DNA of 62,886 nt, the filler included, from Octopus bimaculoides (Eukaryota), in NCBI RefSeq assembly GCF_001194135.2. It is 5 parts of 4 records of this genome, joined end to end, with 100 filler letters (N's around TTAATTAATTAA, not from the genome) between each part and the next. Parts side by side here need not be neighbours in the genome. Positions count along the whole stretch, not along the records: positions 35,636 to 52,355 come from NC_068990.1; 4 more parts are not named here. The stretch is one strand, 5' to 3'. The first letter of the stretch is position 1. Each line of letters opens with the position of its first letter. This document shows positions 37,561 to 50,151 of the stretch, piece by piece. Made by a program: the position numbers and the translations under genes. The notes beneath the pieces were generated by a model that worked only from the letters and a program-made list of their open reading frames with translations, was not told the DNA's origin and did no database searches.

Positions 37561-38939
37561 GCGCGCGCACACACACACACATACATACGCACTCATGCAT
37601 AATATATGTGTGTATTTGTGCATTTAAATATATATATGTATATTTATGCATGTATGCATGTGTATGTACGTCTGTGTGTATGATTGTGTATGTATATATG
37701 CGTGAATACCTGTACATGTGTGTGTGTGCATGCATATGTATATAATGTAGGTGTAGTTGAAGTGTCAACAACTGTATTTGTTTTCTCAATTTGGCTGCCT
37801 ACATTGCTGTGTTAAACGTACCTATGGCAATCTCATGCTATCCACTGCATCATTAATTTGTCAAAACATGAAACATTTGTTTGTGCAGTTACACTGCACT
37901 TTAACATGTAATCAGATGTCGTCAAACTCCCGCCACGACGCCGAAGCTGGGTATATCATCTTCATAGGTTTTATGCTGTGCAAAGCATACGTTGGCCTGC
38001 TTCCTAGAAACACACTGTTGATATTCCCAAATGTTTGCCCAGACGTGTTACAACAACAAGAACAAGGGTGAAAAAATACAGAGAAAACAATTACAATGTT
38101 CATAAGAGTATCATACCTGTTTGTGCGAAAATGTAAATTTTCTTTGACTCTCTTTCTCTGTACATATATATATATATANNNNNNNNNNNNNNNNNNNNNN
38201 NNNNNNNNNNNNNNNNNNNNNNNNNNNNNNNNNNNNNNNNNNNNNNNNNNNNNNNNNNNNNNNNNNNNNNNNNNNNNNNNNNNNNNNNNNNNNNNNNNNN
38301 NNNNNNNNNNNNNNNNNNNNNNNNNNNNNNNNNNNNNNNNNNNNNNNNNNNNNNNNNNNNNNNNNNNNNNNNNNNNNNNNNNNNNNNNNNNNNNNNNNNN
38401 NNNNNNNNNNNNNNNNNNNNNNNNNNNNNNNNNNNNNNNNNNNNNNNNNNNNNNNNNNNNNNNNNNNNNNNNNNNNNNNNNNNNNNNNNNNNNNNNNNNN
38501 NNNNNNNNNNNNNNNNNNNNNNNNNNNNNNNNNNNNNNNNNNNNNNNNNNNNNNNNNNNNNNNNNNNNNNNNNNNNNNNNNNNNNNNNNNNNNNNNNNNN
38601 NNNNNNNNNNNNNNNNNNNNNNNNNNNNNNNNNNNNNNNNNNNNNNNNNNNNNNNNNNNNNNNNNNNNNNNNNNNNNNNNNNNNNNNNNNNNNNNNNNNN
38701 NNNNNNNNNNNNNNNNNNNNNNNNNNNNNNNNNNNNNNNNNNNNNNNNNNNNNNNNNNNNNNNNNNNNNNNNNNNNNNNNNNNNNNNNNNNNNNNNNNNN
38801 NNNNNNNNNNNNNNNNNNNNNNNNNNNNNNNNNNNNNNNNNNNNNNNNNNNNNNNNNNNNNNNNNNNNNNNNNNNNNNNNNNNNNNNNNNNNNNNNNNNN
38901 NNNNNNNNNNNNNNNNNNNNNNNNNNNNNNNNNNNNNNN

Positions 38940-38998
<59 letters not shown>

Positions 38999-39249
38999 GA
39001 GCCTGCACTAGCCTCGTGCTTATTTACCACTTAGTAGAACTGAAACACCTTACTCAAAAATACAATGCGTCGCCTCGTCCAGGAATCGAACCTACAGTTT
39101 TATGGTTTTGAATTTATTGCCCTAACGTGTTGAACATGTGTCCCCGTAATATAGTTAAGAGTTAATTAAAAAAAACGTAAGTCGCGTTCACACACAATAA
39201 ATGAACAACTCTTTCTATTAGAGGTACAAGGCCTAAAGTTTTAGATACG

Positions 39250-39420
39250 GAACTTGTCGATTACTTCGGCCTCAGTGCTCAACAAGAACTTATTGTATCG
39301 TCCACGAAAGTATGAAAGGCAGAATCTACTTCAATGGCATTGGATACAGGACATAAAGACGGATAAAATACTGCGACGCATTTTTTCCGGAGTACTAACG
39401 ATACTGCAAGTAATTCATTT
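39250..39420 (-). mobile_element. Old SINE family B copy
   Basis: Reverse complement resembles the B head and body (CTTGCAGTATCGTTAGTACTCCGGAAAAAATGCGT..CGTCTTTATGTCCTG). Confidence 0.65.
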
Positions 39421-39429
39421 TACACCCGC

Positions 39430-41000
39430 TTCAGGTTCCGTTATTAATTTTGATCCGAGTACCCCAACGATCTCAACTACATTTCCAATTACTTTGCACC
39501 CAGGTACAGGAAATTGTCAGCCCCGAAAGAGTTCACGAATAACTTGAAGGTCAGAGAAGGGGTTCATGTTGCCCTGCTGGTTACAATATTGCAGTTCAAA
39601 ACCAGGTTAGTCAGTTTTTCCTCTAGCAGTCTATCTCTTACGTAATCCACACAGTCGGACGCTATATAATCACTAATCTTCAATTGATCTTTTCCTGCAG
39701 TATATTGAAAGTATTCGTTTATTTCGTCCATCAGCTGGTCGTTCGTTAAATTATTTAAATACAATAAACCCTCGTGTGCTCCCTGGAGATGTGCTCCACC
39801 GCACACTTTCCACTCTCTTTTATTTGGGGTACACTTTTTGTTTTGAGGAGTATCTTTCTTTTTCATTTACTCTTCTGCTTTCAACAATCTATCGTTGTTC
39901 ACTGCTCATCTCCTACTCATTGTCACCAGGCGATGAGGTGCCGCTGCTGCTGCTGATGATGATTATAACCAACCTCTTGAACATCGATTTCTAGATCTAG
40001 TTGAGACGATCCGTTCTGTTATTTATAGAGACTCGACCAGTTTTGCTCTGGATTGCGGCTGCTGGTTTCTTCTGTGTTTTAAGCGTCTTTTTCTACCAGA
40101 CAGAAAGTCCTTAATTAACCCTCATTGCCCCTCGATTTGGTCAGAACACCCAACAACACAAACCACATGTCACTCGCCTCAATTTCTATATCTGAGAGTG
40201 CCCGTTAGCATCTCTGGTGTCGAACTGGACAAGAAATCTTCCATATTAGGTGAGAAATGATGCAGACAGTTCATTGCTTTGTCCTATGATTTTTACCAAC
40301 AATCTCTCACCTGGCTGTTTCACACAATGGGAGTCCATTACCATACAATCAATCCATTGCTACTTTCTTCGTTTTCTTTCAGTTTACGCAATAGTTCTAT
40401 CAAATTTTCGCTTACTTTGTGAAGAAATGTGAACTTCAATTCGTCGTAGGGGAGATGATGGGCTTTTCACACATTTTACTTACCTTGTTATGCACTATTT
40501 TTCTTCCATAAACCCTCTGTCTTCAGTAATTTTTTAACCATGCCCACTTCATCTCTTATTCATTAACATAATGCGGTAGAGTATCGTTTTTGGCTAATGA
40601 TAGAGTCACTGAATCTTTCGGTTTTCTAGTGGATTCTTGGAACTAAGAAAAAGGTAGTATCTGACGCCTCCAGAAATGCATCCAGTGATATCCCAAGGAC
40701 TCCAACCTCCTTCAACTATTCCTGTTATATTTTTTTCCTTTTAGCTTTACCAGCCTTTCTGATCATAAAATTCTTAATTGACCTTCGCTGCCTTGAATGA
40801 TCAGTCGTACTGCACCTACTACAGGAAATAATTCTGGGTGTAATTTGGTGTCCTGTGTGAGGTCATGAAAACTTGCATATGCATTCAAAATCCCACACGA
40901 TATCATCAAAAGTTGCGTTAGCGCCAAGTGTTTAACACTATTAAGTCTATTGTTCTCATGAATTAGGGAACAAATCGTCACCAATGTCTTTTACAAAGAC
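39430..41000 (-). pseudogene. Unassigned decayed ORF, possibly retroelement ORF1/gag-like
   Basis: Protein-like stretches in shifting frames (HLALTQLLMISCG..KLHPELFPVVGAVRLII; LKEVGVLGISLDAFLE..FFLVPRI; IRDEVGMVKKLL; KVCGGAH..LLYLNNLTNDQLMDEINEYF). No diagnostic domain recognised. Confidence 0.35.
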
Positions 41001-42966
41001 CCTTGCGCCACTTCGTAAGAAATACTGTGGAATTAGTTTATAAGGAGATGTATGAAGCACTGAGAAATTAACTTTGTTTCGTTTTGAGGGTTGATATAGT
41101 ATAACAAAGAAATACCACCGGGGGCTTTTTTGTAATGAGAACAGCGTATCATTAATTTATTGATTCCTTATATTTCGGGCTGCTCACTCATCTACATAAG
41201 AAAACGGGCAATACTTCTACCGAAAATTACAAATAGTCGACATCTGATATCTGATAATGCTTTGGCTATTTTCTTTTGTAGATGAGTGAGTCACTCGACA
41301 TATAATAATTAATAAATTGTTAATTCTCCTCGTCTTGTAAAACGTTTCTTGTATTATTTATTTATTTATTTTATCATATCGCAATGTTTCAGACTAACCC
41401 TAACACTATTCTATGATAATGCCAAATGATTTACTGCACCCTATCTCTCTCCATGCGAGGGCTACTTCTGATTATAATCTGAATGTCGTAAGAAGGATCT
41501 TTGTTGATTGTTCTCTTTATTGCAGCTGCGTGACAAATACCAGTAGAATGTGTCTAATTTCCTCACCTAATACTGTTATAAGGTTTTTATCTAAATATTG
41601 AATGTTTGAACCTACAACAAGCTTGTCTGTTTGAAGTGCAGTTCTCATTTTCTATTGTTAATTTTAAATGGCAAAGCATGTGTGTGTACGCGCGCGCGCG
41701 TTTGCGTCTGTGTGTATGTTTGTGTGTGAGTCAGTGTGTGTGTGTGTGTTATTGTCAAAAAAATTTTCCTATACCACTAGTCCGGTATTTTTTATCTAGA
41801 TGAACGACGGTCTTTCAAAGTATCGATGGTTTTTACATCTAAATATAAACAAGTTACATGCTCTTTTTTGTACCTTTCATATCATCTTATAAAATGTGGT
41901 CAATGTCTCCGTTCAGCCCTCTCTCAGCACGAGTCTTCGGATTTCTCTCAACTGCTCTTGCTGTATTCTTGCAGTTTTAGTAACCGTCCTACTACAGTTT
42001 ACATTATTGGTTGTCACTGCTGAAAGTGATATTATTGACTACAGCAGTGGTAGTGGTCCGGGCGTGGCGGGACGTTGCAGTGAGAAGTGTTGTTTGGTGC
42101 TTTGATGATGCAGGACCAACTCGTTGTTGAGCGGCGGTTGTTGTTGTTGTTGTTGCGATTAATAGCAACAATAACAACAAAATGCTGTCAAAGCATCATC
42201 ATCATCATCATCATCATCAACAGCAACAACAGCAGCAGCAACAACAACACCAACAATAATAACAACAAGACCAAACGCAGCAAGCCACAAGATCAGCAAC
42301 ATTAAGCAAAGAACGACGGTATGCAAAGCAAAGAACAACGACTTCAACATCAGCATCAGCAACAACAACATTTTAACAACAGCAGCAACAGAAGCAGCAG
42401 TAAGTAGAGAAAAGAATAAGTTTTTGAGTAGTAGGATCAACGAAACTAAGAACACCGTAAACAAATATAATATAGTAGATGCAATTGCAAATGTGGCGTT
42501 GAAATGTGATGCTGTCTGCTGTATTATTGTATTAAACAGAACTCAGTCATGTGAAATTAAAGTGGTTGTAACATCAACGATGGCGTGTATAGGGTAAACA
42601 AGAGAGAAATGAGTGGGGATCCTTAAACAGCAAGTCACTTGTTTTGCAACTAACTCAGTATTAAATAAAACATACTAAAAATTGTCGAGCACTTACAAGA
42701 CAGAAATATTGGCTTGGTTCGTACCTCAATATAACAAAACGGACGAAAATAAACCTGAAATAATTTCAATACTGGCTGGAAACCGAAATTCTAATAACAA
42801 TTAGTATCATACTCTACAGAACTGTATGGAGAAGATTATTTCAAAATCTACGGTGTGACGGCAAGCGGAGCCACGGCTGCAAAGAGACAATCAAAGTATA
42901 ATGTGTCAGATTACCAAAAGAAATTTGCACATACACACACACGCACACATACGTGCATATATATGA

Positions 42967-43034
<68 letters not shown>

Positions 43035-44379
43035 GAATACGCATACATGCATAAATAGAATATGCGTGTATATGTATATATATGTATATACATACACACA
43101 CACATGTATATGTCATATATCTGTATATATATATTTGTACGTTTGTATATACATAATATATATACATATATATATATATATTTCCACATATATATTTATG
43201 TATTTACATCCATACATACGTACATACGTTCATACATTCTTACATACACATATATAATTATATAATAAGCATAGCGAAGATGGTAGCTGTGTACATTGGA
43301 AACTGTGCCAAAACTACGAATAAGCATATAAAACAGATGGTTTAACCAAATAGTTCTCACTGTGCCTGGCTATGACTTAGCCACCCACAAATACTGACAC
43401 AAAGATAGAAATAAATGGTAGTGGTGCTGGTTAAAGTTTGGTTTATCTTTACCTCCTAATAATAATTTTTATCATCTTTGAGTATCATTTGAAACTGAAG
43501 GGAAGAGTGGAGAAAGAAGTTCAAATTTCTATTAGATCTCGTAAAAAGATTTAAGGCAACATTATTTAATGTGTCCTCCATTTTTAAAGCCGGTACAGTG
43601 TAATCTAACTGAAGTTTGGTTCCTATTTCTAGCACGTTCGCAGAGCACCAAAAGGCTGTTGTTGGTTCATGGTTATAAAGTTGGAGAAAATATAAACATG
43701 TCTGCTGTGGAATGAGATGATTGGGCGCAGCTGTTTTGACATTGAACCTATTTTGGTGACATTGTGGTTTGGGTCTGGAGGCAAACGCGCGCGCACAGAA
43801 ATAGACACATGCAGAAAGAAAGCGAGAGAGAGAGAGAAATAGGGAGAAAGAGACATTACACATACATACAAATATAACTAGATGCTCATAAGGAGAGAGA
43901 GAGAGGGGGGAGTGTGAAACATTAAAAACTCTGATGTTAGATAAATCAGCGTCGAATCAGCGACGCCAAATAAGTGGTGTGGGAACGGTTGTGTAAAGAC
44001 ATCTCATACTCTGTCCGCCACATTACGTTTCCGTTGCCAATTATGCCATTCTCCTTTTGATTATTTATCTCTTCCTTCATAAGATTCTGTGTTGTGAATA
44101 ATACCCAAGACGGGTTTGCTTAGACGACTTAATCTTTACCCTAGATTACAAAGCCAATTGTAACAATTAGAAAGGGATAACAGAGATCTTTTAGAAATAT
44201 AAATCACATATAGAATATAAATCATGTGCATACCAATTCCTGGTCTCATAAGTGCTTTGAATGGAAACTGATCTATTGCAAGCGTTCATACTCCTGCTAA
44301 TTGTTTACCGTGACGCAACGACGCATTTATACACAGTACATCCCGTCCCTGATGCAAAAAAGAATAATACTAAATCTGC

Positions 44380-44720
44380 AAGCTATTTCTCTCTCCAGAT
44401 ACTTTATATCTTAGAGATATACAGATCATATTCCTATTCCTCTTCGAGAGACAAATCTCTCATTCTTTAACCTCCGCTGTCCAGGCTACACTCAACTTAA
44501 ACTTCACTTTGAAAGTGGGGAGTCAGTAAATGCGTAGTTGCGACTCACCTCATCACTCACCTCTCATCTGGATATTACAATCAAGACTTCCACTTATTCT
44601 GACTCAGCGTCCACATTCCTCTAACTACATCAGCTTCCTCTACCACTCCCTAAATTCCTCCATCCGACAACTGCCTCATTGAAATTATCTTCCACACGAT
44701 CGCATACTACACAACTTCCG
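44380..44720 (+). mobile_element. Possible Penelope-like RT remnant, very decayed
   Basis: Motif order LYLRDIQIIF (cf. LYxRYIDDIF), LNFTLK (cf. LxFTxE), HLDITIKTS, NYISF across frameshifts. Confidence 0.3.
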
Positions 44721-45602
44721 CATCTTACGGACCACATTGCTACTTAACTGATCAGAGTTTCGTTATTATTGGCACCAACATATTCTTTACCTCTGACCTA
44801 TCAAATAACAAGTAGATGGGCGGCTAAAACCAACCTCTTAGCCACCCCATAAGTGACCAAATCACGTAGATCCATGTTTCCCAAGTTGTTTGCTCGTAGT
44901 TGTAGTCTTTCAGCTAAACAAAATGACCAGAAATGCTTGAGAACAGGAAAATCAGCAACTCCTTCCAATTGGAAGGTTTTTAGCAAGTACCTGGACTGTT
45001 GAAAATAGCGCGATGAATGCCTCGCACCTTGTGTCACATAAATACACGTTCGCCTCTAAAATGATCCTTTTGGCCCTCTGTGGAATTCTCTGTTTCTCCC
45101 TTTTCCAACATAGCAGTTCTATAACTACGGCTTAGGTGGGAAAATCCTCCATATTTGTTTTGCATCCAACTAGACAAGACAGAAAAATGGCTTCATTCAA
45201 ACAACTCTCTTTAAAACTCTCACACAAACATATCTCAAATCTGGATATAAGTGTATGTGACAGGGAAGCCGGGAAAGAAAAGGGGAGAACAAAAGGAGAG
45301 AGAGAGTGGGAGACAGAAAGTGGGTGACAGAGAGAATGAGAGAGAGAGAGAGAGTGTGTGTGTATGTGTGAGCTCGCCCGGGTATGTCTATTTGTTTTGA
45401 CTTTATTTCCCATCATGGTCAAATTGGACCTGTCGATTTATCAATCATCTCCTTTAACAGCATCACCTTCTTACTTTGGATACCTTTAAAGGAGTCCATT
45501 CTATTGCATGCTTTAGGCGAGGTTTCCTATCAATCTCGGATGGCCCTTTAACTGATTATAAGAACTAACTTCACTCCTGATTAAAGACTGAAAAATATGT
45601 AT

Positions 45603-45788
45603 CTTTTACTTGTTTCAGTTATTAGACTACTACTATACTGGGGTACCACCTTGGAAAAGTTTTAGTCGAATGAATCGACCCCTGTAATATTTTAAAGCTT
45701 AGTACTTAGTCTATCGGAATCTCTTGCCGAACCGCTAAGTTACGGGGGCGTAATCACATCAACATCGGTTGTCAAGCTGTGGTTGAGA

Positions 45789-45795
<7 letters not shown>
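45603..45795 (-). mobile_element. SINE family A 3' half
   Basis: Reverse complement of the A tail (CTTTTACTTGTTTCAGT..GCCGAACCGCTAAGTTACGGGG). Confidence 0.85.
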
Positions 45796-45875
<80 letters not shown>

Positions 45876-45968
45876 AAACACACACACGCACGTACACACA
45901 CATACAAACATACATACATACATACATATATACATACATACATACATATGTATAAATAATAATAAATA

Positions 45969-46372
45969 AGGCGCAGGAGTGGCTCTGTGGTAAGTAGCTT
46001 GCTTAACAATCACATGGTTCCGGGTTCATTCGCACTGCGTGGCATCTTGGGCAAGTGTCTTCTACTATAGCCTCGAGCCGACCAAAGCCTTGTGAGTGGA
46101 TTTGGTAGACGGAAACTGAAAGAAGCCCGTCGTATATATGTATATATATATATGTGTGTGTGTGTGTGTTTGTCTCCCTAGCATTGCTTGACAACCGATG
46201 CTGGTGTGTTTATGTCCTCGTCACCTAGCAGTTCGGCAAAAGAGACCGATAGAATAAGTACTATTCTTACAAAGAATAAGTCCCGGGGTCGATTTGCTCG
46301 ACTAAAGGTGGTGCTCCAGCATGGCCGCAGTCAAATGACTGAAACAAGTCAGGGTAAAAGAGTAAAAGAGTA
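45969..46372 (+). mobile_element. Full-length SINE family A
   Basis: A-box-like TGGCTCTGTGG, B-box-like GGTTCATTCGC, internal (TA)n(TG)n, tail CCAGCATGGCCGCAGTCAAATGACTGAAACAAGT. Confidence 0.95.
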
Positions 46373-46428
46373 AGGGACAAAAGAAAATTTTTCTTTGCCA
46401 ATATAGTGAAAAATAGAGTATAGATCGT

Positions 46429-46800
46429 TTAACCATGTTCTCTCCAGCGGTCTTTATCCTTCATCATCGCTGCCATGCCCTGTGTCTCCCAGAGACAAGT
46501 GTCTGTCCTTAGGACATCAACATGTGTCATCCTCGGTCTCTCTCATTCGTGTAGGGGAACCCACAGGAGCACTGAGTGCAGTATCAAGTCTGAATGACGG
46601 TAAACATGTCCAGCTAACCTCAGTCTCCTCTGTGTTATTTTCGAGCTAACTATTGGGAAGTTCTCGTACAGCTCAGTGTATATTGATTAATGTTCAGAGC
46701 CATCCTCAGCATTCTCGTGTAGCACCCATCCACCATCTGAGTGATTTACTTGGTCAGTGTCCAAGTCTAGATCGTACAATAGCACAAACCCCACTGCAGC
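46429..46800 (-). mobile_element. RTE-X LINE 3' segment (C-terminus), opposite in orientation to the adjacent 5' segment
   Basis: Minus strand across frameshifts: AAVGFVLLY, TWTLTK..VDGCYTRMLRMALNI, ELY..KITQRRLRLAGHVYRH..VLLWVP..RPRMTHVDVLRTDT..MKDKDRWR. Confidence 0.9.
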
Positions 46801-46802
46801 AA

Positions 46803-49488
46803 CGGGTATGACAATAAACTACTTCCAGTTCAGGAGCTGTGGGGAATGTAGAGTTACCCCATAGTTCTCATCACTCCCAGGTCTGAAATTGAAATTGAAA
46901 AGAACCATGAAGAGTGTACTTGATAGCATGAGGATTAGAGCCTCTAACTACACTGTCAAGGAGCAGCCCGATCGTTACAACTCTGCTGGTTTAGAGCCAT
47001 AGGGAAGGCCAGTGGATGATTGACCAGCAATTTCTGTGACAAATATATAGAAAACACTTGATCTGCAGAGGAACCACAAAAATCGACACTCTGAATGTGA
47101 GGACTGTTCGGACGCTCGAGAAGAGAGGGGAGTTGAGTCATCTGTTTGAGTAAGACTGGTATGCAGATACTTGCGATCCAAGAACACAGCATCCTACACG
47201 ATGAGTCCGTGAAGAGAGTGATGATTGGGAAGAAAAGCCAGCTCATCACCACATCAGCAGTGAGAAACACGGCTGGTGCTGCAGTAGGAGGGGTGGGTTT
47301 TGTGTACAGTGTAAGAGCCAATCTGTTAGTGAGGGAAATCACACGTTTCCCGCGAGTGTTGAAGGTGACCTTCAATGGAAACCCAAGGCTGACACTCATC
47401 TCAGCCTATAGTCCAACCGAGGGGGACAGTGATGCGAGTGCGGAGGAGTTCCATGAGGGAGTGTGTAAAACTGTCAACACCATACCAGCTCATAACATCT
47501 TGCTTGTTCTAGGTGACCTCAAAAATACATCTGAGCAAGGAAAGTGGTGAAGATCCTTGCTGGTACTTCCATAACAATACCAACCGAAATGGGTGACTAC
47601 TGAGGAACATCCTGGTGGAGGTGAACTTAATGGCAACCAGCTCAATGTTTTCAAGAATCCGAGGAAAATGTGGGCCTGCATTTCTGATACGCACCTGTCG
47701 AAGTCCCATTTTGATTTCATTCTAGTGAGGAAGAAGTAGCGGAGTAGTGTTCTAAACACAGAACCATACAACGATTTCAGTACACTGGGAAGTGACCACC
47801 GGCTTGTTATGAGTAACGTCCGGGTGAGCTTAAGAAAGAGTAAGGTTCAACCCCGGAGAGCAATCTATGACTGGAGAGCTTTCAAGGAAGGTAAGTTACA
47901 GTAGAAGTGAGGAAGAGGTTCAGTGCTCTGTGTGGAGAGGCAGAGGAGAGGGAGATTAGAGAGACTGAGGAGAGAGTGACGAGAACGTACGGGTACTTCA
48001 TCAAAGCAGTGGCAGAAACAAGTGAGGTCCTGGAGCCGAGGAGAGAGAAGAAGAGGAGAAACGTCAGCTTTGCAGACCCAAAAGTGTGTGCCGCTAGCGA
48101 ACATCTGAAAGCTGCCAAGGACCAATTCCTTGCTGATCCTACGGAGGGGAGGAAGGAGAATGTGGAGGTTATGAAAGAAGAGCTCTGTACCGCTTGCACT
48201 GAGGCTAGAGAGGAAGTACTGATGGAGAAGATCAGAAGTGTGGAGAGAGCGGTTGACGGGTCTAGGTGTAAAGAAAGCTGGACAATCATCAACGAGATCA
48301 CAAGGTAGAGGAGGGAGTTCAAGTTAGATCCAGGAAACAGAACCCGAGGAAAGGAAGAGTAGATGGCTGGACTATTTTAAGACCCTATTAGGAGAGTTGC
48401 CTTCCACAACCCAGAACGCTGGGGAGATCAGGCAACTGTTTGAGGAACTGGATACTGAGACAGGACTCTTCGCCAAAGCGGAGTTTCAGAGAGCCACGAA
48501 GATCAAAGAGGGAAAGGCCTATGGAGAAGATGGAGTAGCACCAGAGGTGATGAGAGGTGTGATTTTGAGGATATCGTCCTGGAGTTCTGTAACTAGACAC
48601 TGGGAAAAGGAGTTGCTCCGAGTCAGTGACATCGTCCCAGTGCCAAAGAAGGGAGATCTCTCTAACATCAACAACTACAGGGGGATTTCACTGATATCAC
48701 TCGTAGTAAAGACCTTCAACAGGATGATTCTTAACAGGATCCAGCCTGTGAAGGAGAAGAAGCTCAGAGACAACCAGAACGGCATCAGAGAGGAGGGAGG
48801 ATCAACCACCAATCACATCCTAATGCTGAGGAGAATATTAGAAGGCGCTAGAGCAAAGAGTCTTCCTCCTGTTATGGTTTTCATTGACTTTAGGAAGGCC
48901 TTTGATTCTGTGGACCGTCACTGCGAGATGAAGATCTTACAGGCTTATAGAATCCCCAAGAAGATAGTAGACCTGATATCACTGCTCTACACCAACACCA
49001 AAACCCAAACCATTACACTTGATGGGATGATGAAGTTCTTTGAGATACTGGCTGGAGTGCTTAGGGAGATACATTGGCTCCCTACCTTTTTATCATCGTG
49101 GTGGACTATTGTATGCGCCTTGTTTTGGAGAAACACCAGAACTCTGGCTTTACTGTAGCGCCGGCTCAGAGCAGGTGGGTCAAGGCTAAAAAGATATCAG
49201 ATGTTGAATTTGATGACCACAAAATTCCAGTGACAAACACAATGAAGGAGGCAGAGGAGTTGATGCAGGAGGTAGAGACTGTGTTGATGAGAGTGGAGCT
49301 GAAAATGAATGAAATTAAGACGAAGTATCTGGTAGAGAACATTAAGAAACCAGAGAAGATTATGAATGTAGACGGGAAGCCACTGGAGTTGGTTGAGGAC
49401 TTCCTGTGTCTGGAGTAAAGATTGAGAACACAGAGGGTAATATAGTTGAGAGGAAGAGCAAAGTCTGGGCGGCATGCCACAGTTTGAG

Positions 49489-49496
<8 letters not shown>
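46803..49496 (+). mobile_element. RTE-X LINE 5' segment: 5' leader, APE endonuclease and RT (decayed)
   Basis: IDTLNVRT, ILAIQEH, ITTSAVRN..GGVG, FNGNPRLTLISAYSPT, LLVLGD (APE); IVPVPKKGDLSNINNYRGISL, DNQNGIR, FIDFRKAFDSV, APYLFIIVVDY, EFDDH (RT); ends KSKVWAACHSLRSI. Many stops and frameshifts. Confidence 0.95.
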
Positions 49497-49525
<29 letters not shown>

Positions 49526-49533
49526 CACACACA

Positions 49534-49629
<96 letters not shown>

Positions 49630-49640
49630 TACACACATAT
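49490..49640. repeat. (ATCT)n then (AC)n microsatellite at the RTE-X breakpoint
   Basis: Directly visible. Confidence 0.97.
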
Positions 49641-50151
49641 ATATGCCTTTTTAAATAAGAAAATGAAAATAATTGGATAAAAATTTACGTACCGAAGAGT
49701 ACCAAAGACATTCCTTACGTACCAAAGAGTACCAAAGACATTCAAATTCATACATAGAAACTCCTACCTACAGCTGTTTCCATACCCAATTTTTTAATTT
49801 CAGAAATAAAATTCCATATTCGAAACCAGTGAATTGGGTATATCCTCAGGGAGAATTTCTAAAGGATGTCATTTAACAGCGTATAGGCTAACCCACAACA
49901 AATTCAGAAGTGTGTGCTTTTTTCTGAACGCAAGTGTTCCATAGAAACCGTCAGTATTACATATATACAAAAATAAACACATTCAACACATCTTTGCTTG
50001 TGCCAATATGATACACTATAGTCCATTGACGGTGTTATGATAGTTAAGATAAGGACATTATCGAGAGAAAAAGAATGGTAGATAAAACTAGTGAATGGGG
50101 GAAAACGTTATTTATCAATTGTTAAGGAGAGAGCAGCTGAACATGTATGTA

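Noticed and set aside
42159-42420. Poly-His/poly-Gln stretch resembling a transcription factor
   Set aside because: In-frame TAA TAA and further stops, no domain and no exon structure.
44838-44916. Minus-strand LRR-like exon (ERLQLRANNLGNMDLRDL)
   Set aside because: A single imperfect LRR match of 79 nt with no neighbouring LRR exons; not supportable.
46830-46885. HDV-like ribozyme in the RTE-X leader
   Set aside because: Only a simple hairpin could be formed; P2, P3, P1.1 and the catalytic J4/2 strand were not found.
49685-49745. Short direct repeats (29-32 bp units here and at 51567, 26-bp units at 62319) as a possible CRISPR array
   Set aside because: No unique spacers, no cas genes and eukaryotic context; simple tandem duplications.
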